Shown here one piece after another: positions 40,683-54,952 of a stretch of DNA of 64,000 bases (its first letter is position 1; each line of letters starts with the position of its first letter). A program made the position numbers and the translations under genes. The DNA comes from Eledone cirrhosa. Lineage: Eukaryota. Under the pieces are notes generated by a model, which was given only the letters and a program-made list of their open reading frames with translations, was not told the DNA's origin and did not search any database. Where the stretch lies: the NCBI GenBank assembly GCA_964016885.1, contig OZ024746.1, forward strand, positions 68,076,001-68,140,000, in the 5' to 3' direction.

Positions 40683-40866
40683 ATATATATATATAATCAT
40701 GATTTAACATCTATTTCCCCTGATATCTATATACATATATCATCATCATCATCATCGTCATAATTTAATATTCATTTATATATAATCATGATTTAACATC
40801 TATTTCCCCTGATATCTATATACATATATCATCATCATCATCATCGTCATAATTTAATATTCATTT
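40680..40866. repeat. local ~90-bp tandem duplication
   Basis: TATAATCATGATTTAACATCTATTTCCCCTGATATC..CATAATTTAATATTCATTT occurs twice in tandem. Confidence 0.9.
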
Positions 40867-41141
40867 TTCTCCTGCTAGCAAGGGCTGGATGGATTTTCAC
40901 AAAGTGAGGCTACTAACTTCCAAGAGAAGTTGTTCTGTCTTTGACATAACTGAAGGGTCCTCCCGACCCTTTGTTTGGGAAACTCTCTATGACTGTCTGC
41001 CCTTCCTAACACCAACCACTTTACAACAGCATTCAAGCCTCATGTCTTGCTCACACATAACATTACTCTTCATATGTAGACATAATATAATTTACCCTTC
41101 ACTCTAAATATTACAAATGTGTATTGTTACATATAAGATTA

Positions 41142-41295
41142 CCGTATTTCCCGGCGTTGAAGACGCTACTTTTTTCCTAAAATAAGTCTAAAAAATCTAC
41201 CATGTGTCCTGGAGACCGAAGGTTGTTTATTATTATTTTTTCAAATTTTTGGTTGTCAAAATTAGGGTGCGTCCTCAAGGCACTGGGAAATATGG
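41142..41295. mobile_element. pogo/Tigger-type MITE
   Basis: TA-CCGTATTTCCCGG ... CTGGGAAATATGG-TA terminal inverted repeats with a TA duplication. Confidence 0.7.
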
Positions 41296-42649
41296 TATGT
41301 ATACAAGGTGACCCAAAGTTTGGATCCAAAGTAAATTTGCCTTATGTATAAAAGTTGTTCTGATTCAAGAATTATGGTTTGAGCATGGATATTTAGGAAT
41401 CGATTGGCAAGATCCCAAACCTCGTTTGTTTACTAAGTGGGGTGGAACTTGTCTAACCACACCAAGGAAGCAAGGTTTCCATGGGTCTTTCCATTGCTGA
41501 TACTATCTACCAGTTGCAACTTCTGGCAGAAAGAGCAAGTGTCTTGCACAAGAACATAATGTATCACTTAGTCTGGCAATTGAACTTACAACCTCAAAAT
41601 TGCAAAACCAATTCTCTAACCACTAAGCAATGCATCTTGATGAAGGATTAATAGTTCCATATTATATTTACAATAATGTAGCAGGAGGAACATATATCCA
41701 GTTGCTATAATCCTTTCTTACTTCTTTATCAGATGATATTCCTTTGTTGAAGTATTGTAAATTGTGGTGTCAACATGACACTGCTACATTATATTTTACT
41801 ATTCGAAAAGGTAGAAAAGAGAATATAACAACATACATATTAAATGTCTAGTAAGTCTTTACATTAATACACTCATGTATATATGTGTGTGTGTGTGCAT
41901 GTGTTATAGACAGGGGTCTCAGGCATTTGCTGTAGCAACCATAAAGCCTGCTTGATATGTATTTAGCTTCAGAAGGCTTGTATGTTTACATTATTAACCG
42001 TCGAGTTTAACTTTGCCTTTCATCCTTACGGGGTTGATAAAATAAAGTACCAGTAATGTCCTGGGTAATTGCTGGCCTTGTGCCAATAGTAGAAACAATT
42101 ATTAAGTGAAACTTTAACATGCATGAAAGCAATAAGTAGTCCATTGCAACATGGAATCCATTCTTCTATAGTTTGTTGATAATTTGGTTATAATAACTGC
42201 AATTCATATGGAAGCCTATCTGTTTCCTACAGACAACTATGTTCATGACTTGGATATAAGGGAATTTGGAAGATAGGCATAAAGCCTCTACCAACTGTTG
42301 ACAATAAATCTGTCGATCTGTAATTCCTACAAACATGATCATGATTCAACAATGGAGCCTGTATGTAGTTGATCAGCCTGCTAAAATTAACAGTTAAATT
42401 TCCTTCACATTACACCTTACCATCTTCAAAAAGGGAGGAGCACATAATGCAGTTTTATATACGCAATGTTTCTGCAGAAGGACAGGGTGGTCATGGCTGG
42501 ATTGTTTTTTATCATAGGTTTTCTCAGTCAGGCTTGTCTGGAGCAAAACAACAACAAACATGATTATCTTATTAAAAATAAAAGTTGGTACAATGACAAA
42601 TTTCTTGAAGTTTGGACCAAACAAGATGTAAAATGATCATAGTTTAGAG

Positions 42650-42967
42650 CAATGGTTGCCAAACCATGTGCTGCAGTCTTGCGAGATGTATCTAGATGCA
42701 GCACAAAAGATTAAGTTTAAATTTTAAGATGTGAAAAACACAAACTAAAATTCAAAAGAAAGTTCATATATAGCTCTCAAAGTGGTAAAGTGGCAAACAA
42801 GTAAAATTTACTAACAAAATTTCTGAAAAATAACACAACTTTATGTTAAGGTAATATGAATGAAAAACTCTTTTGAATAAATTTTAGAATTTATGGTACA
42901 AAGTGCACCATCATATTTGTAATTTTTCAAATATGTGCCATGAGTAAAAGAAGTTTGGGAACCACTG
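42650..42967. mobile_element. hAT (Charlie-like) MITE
   Basis: TIR CAATGGTTGCCAAAC / GTTTGGGAACCACTG; 8-bp TSD GTTTAGAG / GTGTAGAG. Confidence 0.75.
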
Positions 42968-43710
42968 GTGTAGAGAGGAATAAGTAACCACAACCTTGTT
43001 GCATTTTAGCTGATTTTTTATTAACACCTGCGGCTTTAACTTATTTCTAATGAAAGATATTGCCTATGATTTTCAAATAATTTTGAAAATAATCAAGAAT
43101 TTGGAAAGGTAACTAATTTCTCATTACCATGTTGATGTGTGGAACATAACAAAATAAGCCATATATATTCTACTGGTTGTGTAGTATTAACCACAATGCA
43201 AGGTGGGTGAAAGTGAGTTGAAATGTTATTGTGTAATACATATAAGCAAATGTGAATAAAATGTTATTGACATGTAATGCAAATAGATAATACATATATT
43301 TATATATGTAATATGATGGAACTTGTATATAGGAAAACTATGACCAAAAAAAATCACTGGGATATGAAATTTAGATTCTACTTTGGAATATTGAACTGGA
43401 TAATATCAGATAACAGAAAATTGAAAAACAGAAAAAAGATATTGCAAAGAAAGTTGAGTTGTGAAACTGTCCGATATATGACATCAGAGAAAAAGTCACT
43501 AAAATAAAACTAATGTTGATTATATATATATATATATTACATATATATATTATATATATATATATATATTAGATATATATTATATAATATATATATTATA
43601 TATATATATCATATTATATATTATATTATATATTATATTATATCCTTGCAAGCAGGGAAAAGCAGACGTAAAATGAAATGATATCATATTATATATTATA
43701 TATTAGATAT

Positions 43711-45051
43711 CCCCTCCTGTTCATCATAGTCCTGCAGGCAATAACGGAGGAGTTTAAGACCGGATGCCCATGGGAACTCCTGTATGCTGATGACCTCGCA
43801 CTCATAGCTGAATCTATGGTAGAACTAGAGAATAAATTCCAAACTTGGAAGCAGGGACTAGACAGAAAGGGTCTCAAAGTCAACATGACAAAGACTAAGG
43901 TCCTTGTAAGTAGACGAGAAAACAGAACCCAGATCCCTCAGGGAAATGGCCTTGCTCAGTATGTAGGAAAGGTGTAGGTAGGAACTCCATTCTCTGCCCC
44001 AAATGCAAACAATGGGTACACAAGAGCTGTAGCGGGATCTCAGGAAGCTTAATTAAGAATGTAGGCTTCACATGCAGCAGCTGTGCTGAGACAGCAAGCA
44101 GCAAACAGCCACAGGAAACAAGTACCACCAATCTCTGGGAGGGCTCTGTAGAAACAGTAGACAGCTTCTGCTACCTAGGTGACCGAATTAGCAGCGGAGG
44201 TGGGTGTTCAGAAAGTACAATAACTAGGGTAGGAACGGGATGGAAGAAGTTTAGGGAACTACTACCACTGCTAGCTGCAAAAGGCTTCTCCCTCAGAATG
44301 AAAGGCAGACTGTATGATGCATGTATCCGAACAGCAATGTTGCATGGTAGTGAGACCTGGGCGCTGAAGGTGGAAGACTTACGTAGATTAGAGAGAAACG
44401 AAGCCTGCATGCTCCGATGGATGTGTAACAGTAATATACATGAATGACAAAGCATAAATGAATTGAGAGAGAGACTGAGCATAAGAGGAATCAAATGCTG
44501 TGTGCAGGAGAGGCGGTTACGCTGGTATGGACATGTGATGCGTATGAAGGATGACAGCTGCATAAAAAGGTGCAGAGCACTAGAAGTTGATGGAAACCGC
44601 GGAGTGGGGAGACCCAAGATGACCTGGGTTGAGGTGATAAAGGCCGACCTTACCAAATTACACCTCTCAAAGGCAACGACACACGACCGTGACTTCTGGC
44701 GTCATGCAGTAATACAGAGTACCCGACCTCCCATGGGTACAAGCTGAAGCATATAGACAATATGCCCCCACACACCCCACCGCAAGGTGGTCGTGGAGGT
44801 GCCACGGCAAAAAAGCACCCAGCCCACACTGTAAAGTGGACGTGTAGGCGCCACGAAAAAGCACCCAGCACTCACTGTAAATGAGGTTGGTGTTAGGGAG
44901 GGCATCCAGCTGTAGAAATCAAGCCAAATCAGTTCCTGTATGAGCAAGGCATGGTCAGCCAACCAGACACTGCCCACAACAGGCAAACCCGTCTAACCCA
45001 TGCTAGCATGAAAGAACGGACGTAAAACGGTGATGATGATGATGATGATGA
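43711..45051 (+). mobile_element. RTE-clade LINE family 3, 5'-truncated, with ~300-nt 3'UTR
   Basis: PLLFIIVLQAITEEFKTGCPWELLYADD, PHD-like finger, RRLRWYGHV. Frameshift at ~43937 and a CGA>TGA stop at ~44446; TSD-like TATATATTAGATAT on both sides. Confidence 0.95.
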
Positions 45052-45335
45052 TATATATTAGATATATGTTATATATATTATATATATTATATATATTATA
45101 TATATATATATATATTATATATTGTATATATTATATATAAATATATTATATATTATATATATATATCATATTATATATTATATTATATATATCATATTAT
45201 ATTATATATTATATTATATATATCATATTATATATTATATATATCATATTATATATTATATATATCATATTATATTATATATATCGTATTATATTATATT
45301 ATATTATATTATATATATATATACACACACATATA

Positions 45336-45412
45336 CAGGGTGTCCCAGAAATGTATACACACTTCAACAGCATTCTAATCAAACTGTGTATACATTTTTA
45401 GAGGACACCTTG
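45336..45412. mobile_element. Tc1/mariner-type MITE (77 bp)
   Basis: TA-CAGGGTGTCC..AAATGTATACACA / TGTGTATACATTT..GGACACCTTG-TA. Confidence 0.75.
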
Positions 45413-45701
45413 TACATATATATATTTGAGAAGCTGTAGTGAAGTCTGATCCCAGGAGGCTGAATCTCATGAAGGATGTTGTCAAGGAAACATGACAAGT
45501 GGTAAGATGTACTAGAGAAGACACCCGCACCCACCAACACATGTAAATATGGAAAAGCAAAAGTAAAAAATGATGACGATAATGGTGGTGTTGGTGATGG
45601 TGATGGCAGTTACTTTTCCAGCATGTGACGCCATACCAAAACACAATTAAAATAACATGATCGTGCACGGAGAGAGAGAGAGAGAGAAATGACTTCTACA
45701 A

Positions 45702-45777
45702 GACTAAAACTGTTTAATTCATATTAAATCATCAGGGAAATTCTTGATGATTTCATATGACTGAAACAGTTCTAGTC
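45702..45777. repeat. 35-bp-arm hairpin between (GA)n and (TA)n
   Basis: GACTAAAACTGTTTAATTCATATTAAATCATCAGG / CTTGATGATTTCATATGACTGAAACAGTTCTAGTC; a single related arm lies at 18318-18367. Confidence 0.7.
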
Positions 45778-46107
45778 ATTTCTATATATAATAAAGAAGC
45801 CTATATTCTAGCAACGTATCTAATACCTATTTTAAATGTGATTATTCTCTGACACCCCTCGGGAACCTACATATTTTATATATATATTAGGTGTTTCAGT
45901 AGATTTGTAGTTTACTGAGGAAGGTACTAAAATTGCACTCTATGATATAGCAGAGTGTATACATTAAGATGAAAAATCAAGGTTTCACATAGAGGTCTTT
46001 ATTGATTAGCCTCACTTACAAATATGGATCTTGAGCCACCCATCTGTGAAACGTTTGTAACTGCACAATCAATAACAACCACAGTGTGAAACCTCGTTTT
46101 GTTCTTA

Positions 46108-46154
<47 letters not shown>

Positions 46155-46164
46155 TGTGACAGCT

Positions 46165-46385
46165 CACACCTATGCAGGTTTAATTGGCCTTCTCCAGGGT
46201 ATATCTTGTTGGAGGTGTCTTGGGTAAATTAATGATAGGGACCCCAGTCCTATCATCTCATTTCTACAACTGGAGTAAACTGGAGCAACGTGAAATAAAG
46301 TGTCTTGCTCAAGGAAACAACACATCACCCAGTCCGAGAAGTGAACTCACAACCTTTTGATTGCAAGCCTAATGCCATGTGCCTA
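46165..46385 (-). mobile_element. tRNA/CORE SINE, partial
   Basis: Matches the head and CORE of 8856/12624, including the GATGATAGGACTGGGGTCCCTATCAT hairpin, then diverges. Confidence 0.75.
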
Positions 46386-46482
46386 TATATATATACACAT
46401 ATCCTAGCGTGGAGCTAATAAAACCATGTAACATTTACTCCTGCATTTGTTTGTTTATTACTATTTTGAACTATATATATAT

Positions 46483-47036
46483 ATCATCATCATCATTTTA
46501 CGTCCGATTTTCCCTGCTTGCAAGGGTTGGACGAGTCCTATTCAGCACAGCATCTCTCCACTTGTCACGGTCCTTCGTCATCTCCTCGGTGAGTTTCAGC
46601 GATCTGAGGTCTGCTCTCACCACCTCCGCCCATGTTTTTCGTGGTCTACCTCTACTGCATCTTCCTTCTACTGGGATTTCTTGGCACTTCTTTACCCAGC
46701 GGTCATCCTCCACGCACACCACATGTCCATACCCTCTCAGCCTTCTCTCCTGCACACCACAACTTATCCCTCTTATACCCAGTTTCTTTCTCAACTCGTC
46801 TATGCTTGGTCGTTCACGCACATTGACATTGCACATCCAACAGAGCATTCTTGCGTCCTTTCTCTCCAGCCATCACATATCTTCTGCAGTTGCTGCCCAT
46901 GTATCACTACCATGCAGCATCGCGCATCTCACCCAGGCATTATATAACCGTCCTTTCGTACGCATGGAGAAACCCATCTTTGTCAACAGAGGAAGCAGCT
47001 CCCTAAACTTCATCCAACCCATCCTTATTCTAGATA
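46483..47036 (-). mobile_element. RTE family 1-like subfamily, 3' fragment
   Basis: FRELLPLLTK..MLHGSDTWAATAEDM*..GRPRKTWAEVVRADLRSLKL..PTLASRE. Confidence 0.9.
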
Positions 47037-47051
47037 ATATATATATATATA

Positions 47052-47206
47052 CCAAAAGATTCAGGACCCCAATGGCTGAGCTCCAGTCGGATCTAGCATT
47101 TGAAACAGCCGGAGTTCAGCCATCGGGGTCCTGAATCTTTTCATATTACCCACTCTACTACCCCAAGTATCGAGTACTCTGGTGTGTTGTGGTTCACCTG
47201 GTCCAC
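47052..47206 (+). mobile_element. fold-back element with tail (same family as 4961-5160)
   Basis: Arms 47054-47088 / 47107-47141; shared tail; flanked by (TA)n and TG-rich repeat. Confidence 0.7.
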
Positions 47207-47935
47207 TGTATGAGTGTGCATGTGTGTGTCTGTGTGCATGCATATGTATGAGTGTGAGTGTGTATGTGTCTGTATGTGTGTGTATGAGTGTGTATGTGTC
47301 TGTATGAGTGTGTCTGTCTGGATGTGTGTCTGTGTGCATGTGTGTGTGTATGCATATATATGTGTGAGTGTATATGTGTGCATGTGTGTGTGCCTGTGTG
47401 CATACGTGTCTGTGCCTGTGTGCATGCACATGTGAGTGTGTACATATGTAGTGTGAGGATTAACTACTTTTGTTGGAAAATGTCCTCGACTCAGTCAAAT
47501 CAGAGATGATAATTTTGTTGGAAACTGAAAATCCAACATAATCTACAAAAGTTGTGATCGACTAAGTAAATAATATAATTATAAATATGAGGTATAAGCA
47601 AATGCCAAGTAAGATAACAATATTATGCTACACAAATTCAGGCTGAGTATCAAAATTGAAATAGAATAATGCAATATATAAAAAACAAACAAAAAAAATT
47701 GGGAAATGTTACTTTACTGGAGAGTTCAACATAAATAAATGCATAATTGATTTAGTGCTACAACATCAAGAAGAACAGTGAGTTGATGAAATATATGACT
47801 GTTATTATGCAGCACATTGATCGTACATGTTGAGAAAACAAAACCCATAAGCTATAGAATACAAGAAACCATAAATTCTCCTGTACTATTTCTAGTTTCC
47901 ATATAAATGCAAAAATATGAGCTTAGTTTCAAAAA

Positions 47936-48330
47936 TAATTGTTTCTACTATTTGGCACAAGGCCAGCAATTAACCAGTGCATTACTGTTACTTTATTTTA
48001 TCGACCCCGTAAGGATGAAAGGCAAAGTTAACCTCGGTGGGATTCGAACTCACCATGGCAAGGGCCGTAACTCTATGCGTCAAAGCATAGCGTCCGACCC
48101 TCTACCGAAAATAATGGTTTCTGATTTAGGCACACGGTTAACATTTTTTAGAGGAAGGAAAAGTCCATTTAATTTACCCCAGTGCATTAATGATATTTTA
48201 TTTCATCAACCCCATAAGGATAAAGGGCAAAGCTAACCTTGGTGGGATTTGAACTCAGAAGGTAAAGGACCATAGCTATATGCCACAAAGCATGGTGTCT
48301 GACACTATACTGATACTGTCAATCCACTTC
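47936..48330 (-). mobile_element. two adjacent SINE group A copies
   Basis: 47936-48107 is young and 48115-48330 an older variant. Confidence 0.8.
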
Positions 48331-50689
48331 TCTTAGTTTTACAAATAATCGAAGTAGAATTATTGTTGGAATCGTTCAGCACATACACCAAGGATATAAA
48401 TAGAGAATTGTAGACTTTGAAGCAGCTTTAGTCTTGTATCTAATCCAAAGTAATGTCTTTATACAGTATGTCTTAAGACATGGATTTTTTTTTTTTTTGT
48501 CTGTGGGAAACCTTGCAAGTGTGTGTGTGTAAACTCTATGTAGCTTGGTCATATATATTGCTTGCCTGTTCTTTCTAACTTAAAATAACAACAGATTATA
48601 GAGAAGCATCTCCCCTACAACTACTACCACCACACACTTGTAGTGTATTGATATAAAGCCAACCACTGGGTATCTGATGATTAAAATCCAGTCTAACCCA
48701 TGCTAGTGTGGAAGAACGGACATGGAAGAACAGACGTAAAACGGTGATGATGATGTGTGAAGCAATTCAAAGAATGAGAATAGAGTAACTACTATTTTGA
48801 TTTGTTCAGCCTTTCTGAATGCTTTTGAGTTTCCTATTTATTCTTTTAACATCCAACTTACTATCCTATATAACTGAGATATTCCTTTTTTAACTGACCT
48901 TTTCTAACACTGGGAAGAATACTTTATAGGAGCTGACGGAGTGAAAGATAAAAGAAAAGGTATTTTTCTAGGATTTCAAATTAATAGAGAGTAATATATT
49001 AACAAAAATAATATAGAGTGATCAACAAAACACTGTAAGGTATTTTTAGTACATTTCTTTACATTCCATGTTCCAATCCTGCCAATGTATGTCAAGTTTA
49101 TCTTTCATTCTTCTGACAATTATAAAGTACCAGTCAAATATGAATGTATTGACACATAACTCCCAATGGAGTCATAAGGGCGCCATCATGGCACTTTAAA
49201 CCTGGCAGAGCTCAACTTCTCTCCAGATCTGAATGCAGGTGATTTCTTCCCAGGAAGGTGAGAGAGGGAGTGAGAAAAAGAAAGTGAAAAGGATATATAG
49301 AGGAAGAATTGATCCTATTACTTGACTGGTACTTTTTATAGAATTCAAACGGATGAAAAGAAAAGTTGATCTTGGTGGGATTTGAACTCAGAGAGTGCAG
49401 AAAGGTGATATAAAACATGACAACGTAGTGCTGTAACAGCTCTGCTAATGTGCCATATCACCACTCAAATAAGGTTCTAAAGTCTAAATACAGAATCAAA
49501 TCATAAAAAGAAAGAAATATCTGTTGATATTTTGGTGTTTTTCTGTTTTAAGGTATCATGAAAAGTATCTTTTGCTTTTCTGTTATTTCCTGTGTTTTTT
49601 CTTGTTTTTTTGTTTATTCTAGCTAATATTATTTTCAGTGACATAAAATAAAGTAGTAATGCACTGGGTAATTGCTGGCCTTGTGCCAAAAGTAGAAACA
49701 ATTATTTTCAGTCAAACGATGTCAAATATATTCCATAAATTAAAGGATTTCTTATTGTAATAAATAAGACTACAACTTTCTTGACTTATTAATTTCACAA
49801 TCTATATTTATTAGATATTTTAGAATGAAATTGGGTTTCTTACATATATTATTTAACCATATAATCAGCATAAAAATAAATGAGATTCTACCATAATGAT
49901 AATGACAGTTACACAATATCCTTTTTAATATCATTTAATATAAATCACCTCAAAGCTCAAAAGCTTTCTTCTTTTTAAATGTCTTTTTTCTTCTTTTCTG
50001 TTTCCACAATGAATCTCATTGAGATTTGACAGATTTTTAGAATATTTTCATCAAAGTGTAAGATACACAATAACTTCAAAGGTATTTATTTTATCTTCTT
50101 TATTCTACATAAATTTTAATCACTTTAGCATTTTTTAAAGTTTCTCTTCCTCACTTTTTCATACCTATATTTATTCTCAAACACAAACACATATTCATTT
50201 TTCTGGTTTTAAACACATGATTTCCCAATGGTATATTGAGATAAACTCATGATACATGAATAATATTAACACTGAAATCATTTAAAACAACTCAACTTTT
50301 TACCATCTATAGGAATACAATATTCTAAAAATATAGCATTCTTCTTAAATACTTCCTTATGTGTATAAACTATCAACTAAGTATATGATATACATCAAAC
50401 ACTCATAGAAATTAAATATGTAGGCAATAAACACATAAATGAACAGAGAAATACATTTCAGATGGATTTTCCTTAGAATTCAGGAAATAATGTCAGAATT
50501 ATGATGATTTATCCATATAAATATTGAATTATTGAAAGTTTTGCAGAAGAAAGGATATCCAAACTGTCTTTAAATACAGATATCTGAAACACACAAATGT
50601 TTTTTTTTTCTTTCTAAACTCAAAAAAGTAGTGATGTAGTCTAAAATTGGCTTTGAATTAAATAATGTATTAAGAAAAAAAAAATATAT

Positions 50690-51105
50690 GAAAGACATGA
50701 CAACCTCCCCAGTGTTGTTGATTTGCACAATAAATGCAACCAATACACGCATTAAAGTGGCTAGTAACAGGAAGTTCATCCAGTCATAGTAAATCTGCCA
50801 AACAAAAGGCTGAGGACTTTTCAGGTGTGTCAAGAACACAACAATATCCTTTAGTAGTGGTGTCACAATAAAATACACTATGTAGAGCATGGGATCATAC
50901 GTGTGTTGTGAGCTGCCAACTGTCTGAGCACTCAGTAAAATGCAGAAACATATACAAGCAAGATGCAGGAACATACAGAAGCAAGATGCAGCTACCTGTC
51001 TCATCTGAGAGGTCAATAGCTCCACTTGAGTAACCAGTTGGTTTGTTAATGACCTGTCCAACCCTTACTTTCAGGATAGGTAGACATTAAACTATGATGA
51101 TGATG
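50690..51105 (+). mobile_element. older RTE-tail SINE subfamily (related: 20935-21215 minus, 54480-54710 plus)
   Basis: GCCAAACAAA.GG..GAGGAC..CAG.TGTGTCAA..ACA..AT.TCCT.T.TAGTG shared among the three; degenerate terminal hairpin and (GAT)n. Confidence 0.55.
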
Positions 51106-54100
51106 TATATGTATGCATATGATGAACTCTCCCGTCAACCATAACGTATGAGTATTCAGTAACAAGGAGTAAAGAAAAAAATGCTGTAAGCATATGATTT
51201 AACATACACCCTCCTTCCCTCTATGAGTGTTCTTCTTTACTGGTGAAGGGCTAATGACCAATACATTGAAACATTGTCTTTCCTTTTCCCACAAGTATGA
51301 AATTAATAAGATTTTGAGTAATTGTTCTATACATTTTTCTTCTTTTGTAATCTTGAACTATATATATGGGAGCGTGGAATAGCAGATGTAAAATGATGAT
51401 GATAATTATATGCTTGTATATATTATTTATGTGTGTATTTATGTATGTGTGTGTGCGTGTGTGTGAGTGTGTGTGCATGTATGCATATATAGATTGCAAA
51501 CGCAACAACTTAACCATTAGGCCATGCACCAAATTTGAGAGACCTCAATAGAACAACAATAAAAATAGTAAAGAATATTTCCATGCAAAAAACAACCCTC
51601 AAACCATCTCTTCTACCAAGTTACAGCTGAGCCTTCTGTTTCCCTTTAAAAGGATCTTTATCAACACTTTAATATGCTCCAACTTACCACTTCTCAATCA
51701 AGGTGGTTGTTTAAATAGCTAATAAAGCTTCCATCACACACACATACATCAAAATACTACCCACAGTTTCCTTTACACCAATCTCACCAAACATCTCCTC
51801 CAATAGCTCCAAATTAAAAAGGTAACTGATCCTTATGACAATGTTACTCTGAAGGGCATGGCCCATAATCGTTTTTAGTGCTTTTAGGATAGGAGTGAAA
51901 GAAGACTTAACCTAAATGCTTGCAATTGGACCCAGTGGTGATGTCAAACCAGGTGGCAGATTAAGTGTACTATCCAAGCAGGCGGCAGTGGGATTTTAAC
52001 TTAGAATTAAAAGAGCCAGAACAAATACCACAAAGCATCTAGACCCATGTTTTAAAAATTGCCCAATCCACCACCCCAGACTGATACTTTATTTTATCAA
52101 GTCAGAATGGCCTGTCCAACCCTTGCTAGCAGGGAAAACAGACGTTAAAACAATGAGGATGATGATGATGATGATAATGAAATGATATAAAACAAAGTTA
52201 ACCTCAGCAGGATTTCAACAATGAGCACAGAGAGTTGGAACAAATATGTGCTAACAACTCAGAGAATTTGCCACTAGCTACTTAACTCTTTTGTTTACTT
52301 CAAGTCTTAAATTGTTTTGGATATTTCATCACTTTTAACAGCTTGTCAATACATTTAAATAATATATATAAAATAACCAATATAGATAGTCACTGAGCTT
52401 TAAATCAGACAAATTGACCATAAAATAGTAATTTGGGGTAATATAATAAGAATAATATACAAATTAAAAGTATCTTAAAGAAAGAAAATGGTGTGAAAAA
52501 GTAGTAATTATGATTTCTCAGACACTGAGAAATAGGTTCAAATTCATTTGATATATATATAAGGTTTTTCTTTGATATGAAAGACACAAGAGATTAAAGA
52601 ATGATGGGAAACAAAATAATATTAAAAAGGAGAATAATACTTTGTTAGTCAGGATAAGAAAACAAGATAGACATATTTGGTAATATTTAAAGGAAGGATG
52701 TGTAATGTTTTGATGTAGAAATTTAGTTGGCTTCATTCCTAAAATCTAAGAAGTATTTCACTGAAGCCAACACTAAGTATTATGGTCTACAGATTGTAAC
52801 AAAAGTATTGTTCCAATAATTTTACAATAAGATGTCTACTGAGTTTTTAGATAATTCCTTATGACTTGTGCTCACATAGTTTCAGGTTCAATTTCAGTGT
52901 GTAGCAACTAGGGCAAGGGTCTTTTTAAATAGACTTGTGTCAACCAAAGCCTTGTGAGCTGCTTGTTGAAAACTTGGGAAAATCACCAAATCAATCATTT
53001 CTGTCTTTTGGTGGTAAACATAATCCATCCACCTAGCCCATGTCTATCTTTAGCTGAGTTCACTATGTTGCAAGCATTTGGGCCAATTCTACATTCTAAT
53101 GATAAATTTATCTCTTTCTCCCACCAGAATCAGACAGCCTGAAAAATGTCAAGAGTATTGTCCTTCTTATAAAGACAATTTATTCAAAAAAAGAAGAAGA
53201 AGAAGAAGAAGAAGAAGAAGAAGAAGAAATTACATCTAAGGTCATTTCACCTGTTAAAAATAACAGCCAATTTTACCTTAAATAATCACTACCATCTATA
53301 AAAACAAAAGACAATAGAATCATAAAGCCGAATTGTCATGGATAGAACAGTTTACAAGCTGTAATCATAGTTTAGCTGGTGATAAACAACAACATTATCA
53401 TCATCACCAGCATTATTATTTAACATCCATTTTACTTGCTAGGAAACGTCTAATAATTTAATAAAAGTCCATTAGTGTGTAAAGAGAATGAGTAGATTGC
53501 CTATTGATTATTGGATAAATTCATAAAACTGTGCTGTGTACATGTGTGCCTTTTAATAATGGTTTATTTTGTAATTTTAGTTTAGAAGTAGTCTATTACA
53601 CTTGGAAATTGTTAAAAGGAATTAACTTTCTACTTAATCCATGCCAGCGCGCTCCGCTCGGGGAACATAAGAGTAAAGGTCAGATTGATTTAAATTCCAA
53701 GAAATAAGACAGACAAGGAAATTATAGTGTGTTGACATATAACTGCAATTTAGATTAAATGCAAATCTCCTTAACTGACAATAGGTCCCTGGACGTAGTG
53801 AAAGGTGACAGAAAATATTATTTCCTTATAGTGGAGATATGAGCTGAAGAGCTGGATATCCACAGTACACAATGTGATTTACTGCAAAAGTTGGCCCAGA
53901 GGAACTTGATTATTTCTTGAATTATCTTGGAATCTGAAAACTCCCTTAGGAACAGAGTAGTATTGGAGACAAAATTTATAAAGAAATAACACATATTAAT
54001 CACACACAATGACATTTAGTCCCCTGCCTACCAGCATGCTTCTCATGCCTGACTCCTCTTATCACCTTCTCTCTCTCAACTACTTAGCTCTACCCTAAGT

Positions 54101-54715
54101 CCTTCTCCCTCCACTCACATCTTTTACTCTCTCCTCACCCAATCAATGAATATATAGAAGATATAGTGCTCCTCCATACATTACACTTCCCTCAAACTTT
54201 TCTGCTTCACATTCCTTGTTGAAACATAACAGCATGAAAAGCTGGATACCTCCAAAATATATGGCTAAATGCAACTCTCTTCAATGTCAAGGTCAATGCC
54301 AAGACCCAATGCATGGTCTTCCATTGTGAGATTATGCCCTCTCCTTCCCACAGCAAGCAACATGTAGCTTGCCGTAACCTCTCATCCTACAACCCCCGAT
54401 TTCTATCAATACCTCTACAGCCTGGTTAAGGACATCAGTACCTTAGTGTTGAAATGTGGTAGTGCTTGTTCCATGATAAACTGCACATAACCCATTCTGT
54501 AAAATAGTAATGCTAGTGACGAAAAGTACCCAGTCCACCCGGTAAAGTAACTGGTAATAGGAAGGGCATCCATCCACAAAAAAACTTGCCAAACAAGGGT
54601 CAGCAGAACTCATCAGCTGTGTCAACAACATGATATCCTCTGTAGTGCACAAGTCATGATAAAATGCACTCAGTGGGGGAGATATGATCATATGTAAATG
54701 ATAATGATGATGTTG

Positions 54716-54745
54716 TGTATATATATATATATATATATATATACC

Positions 54746-54783
<38 letters not shown>

Positions 54784-54897
54784 CAGCGATATATATATAT
54801 ACCAATATATATATATACCAATATATATATATATACCAATATATATATATAAAGCAGCGATATATATATATACCAATATATATATATATACCAATAT

Positions 54898-54928
<31 letters not shown>

Positions 54929-54952
54929 AATATATATATATATAAAGCAGCG
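54716..54952. repeat. (TA)n punctuated by CCAA and AAAGCAGCGA (higher-order microsatellite)
   Basis: AAAGCAGCGA occurs three times and CCAA about six times inside TA runs. Confidence 0.9.
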
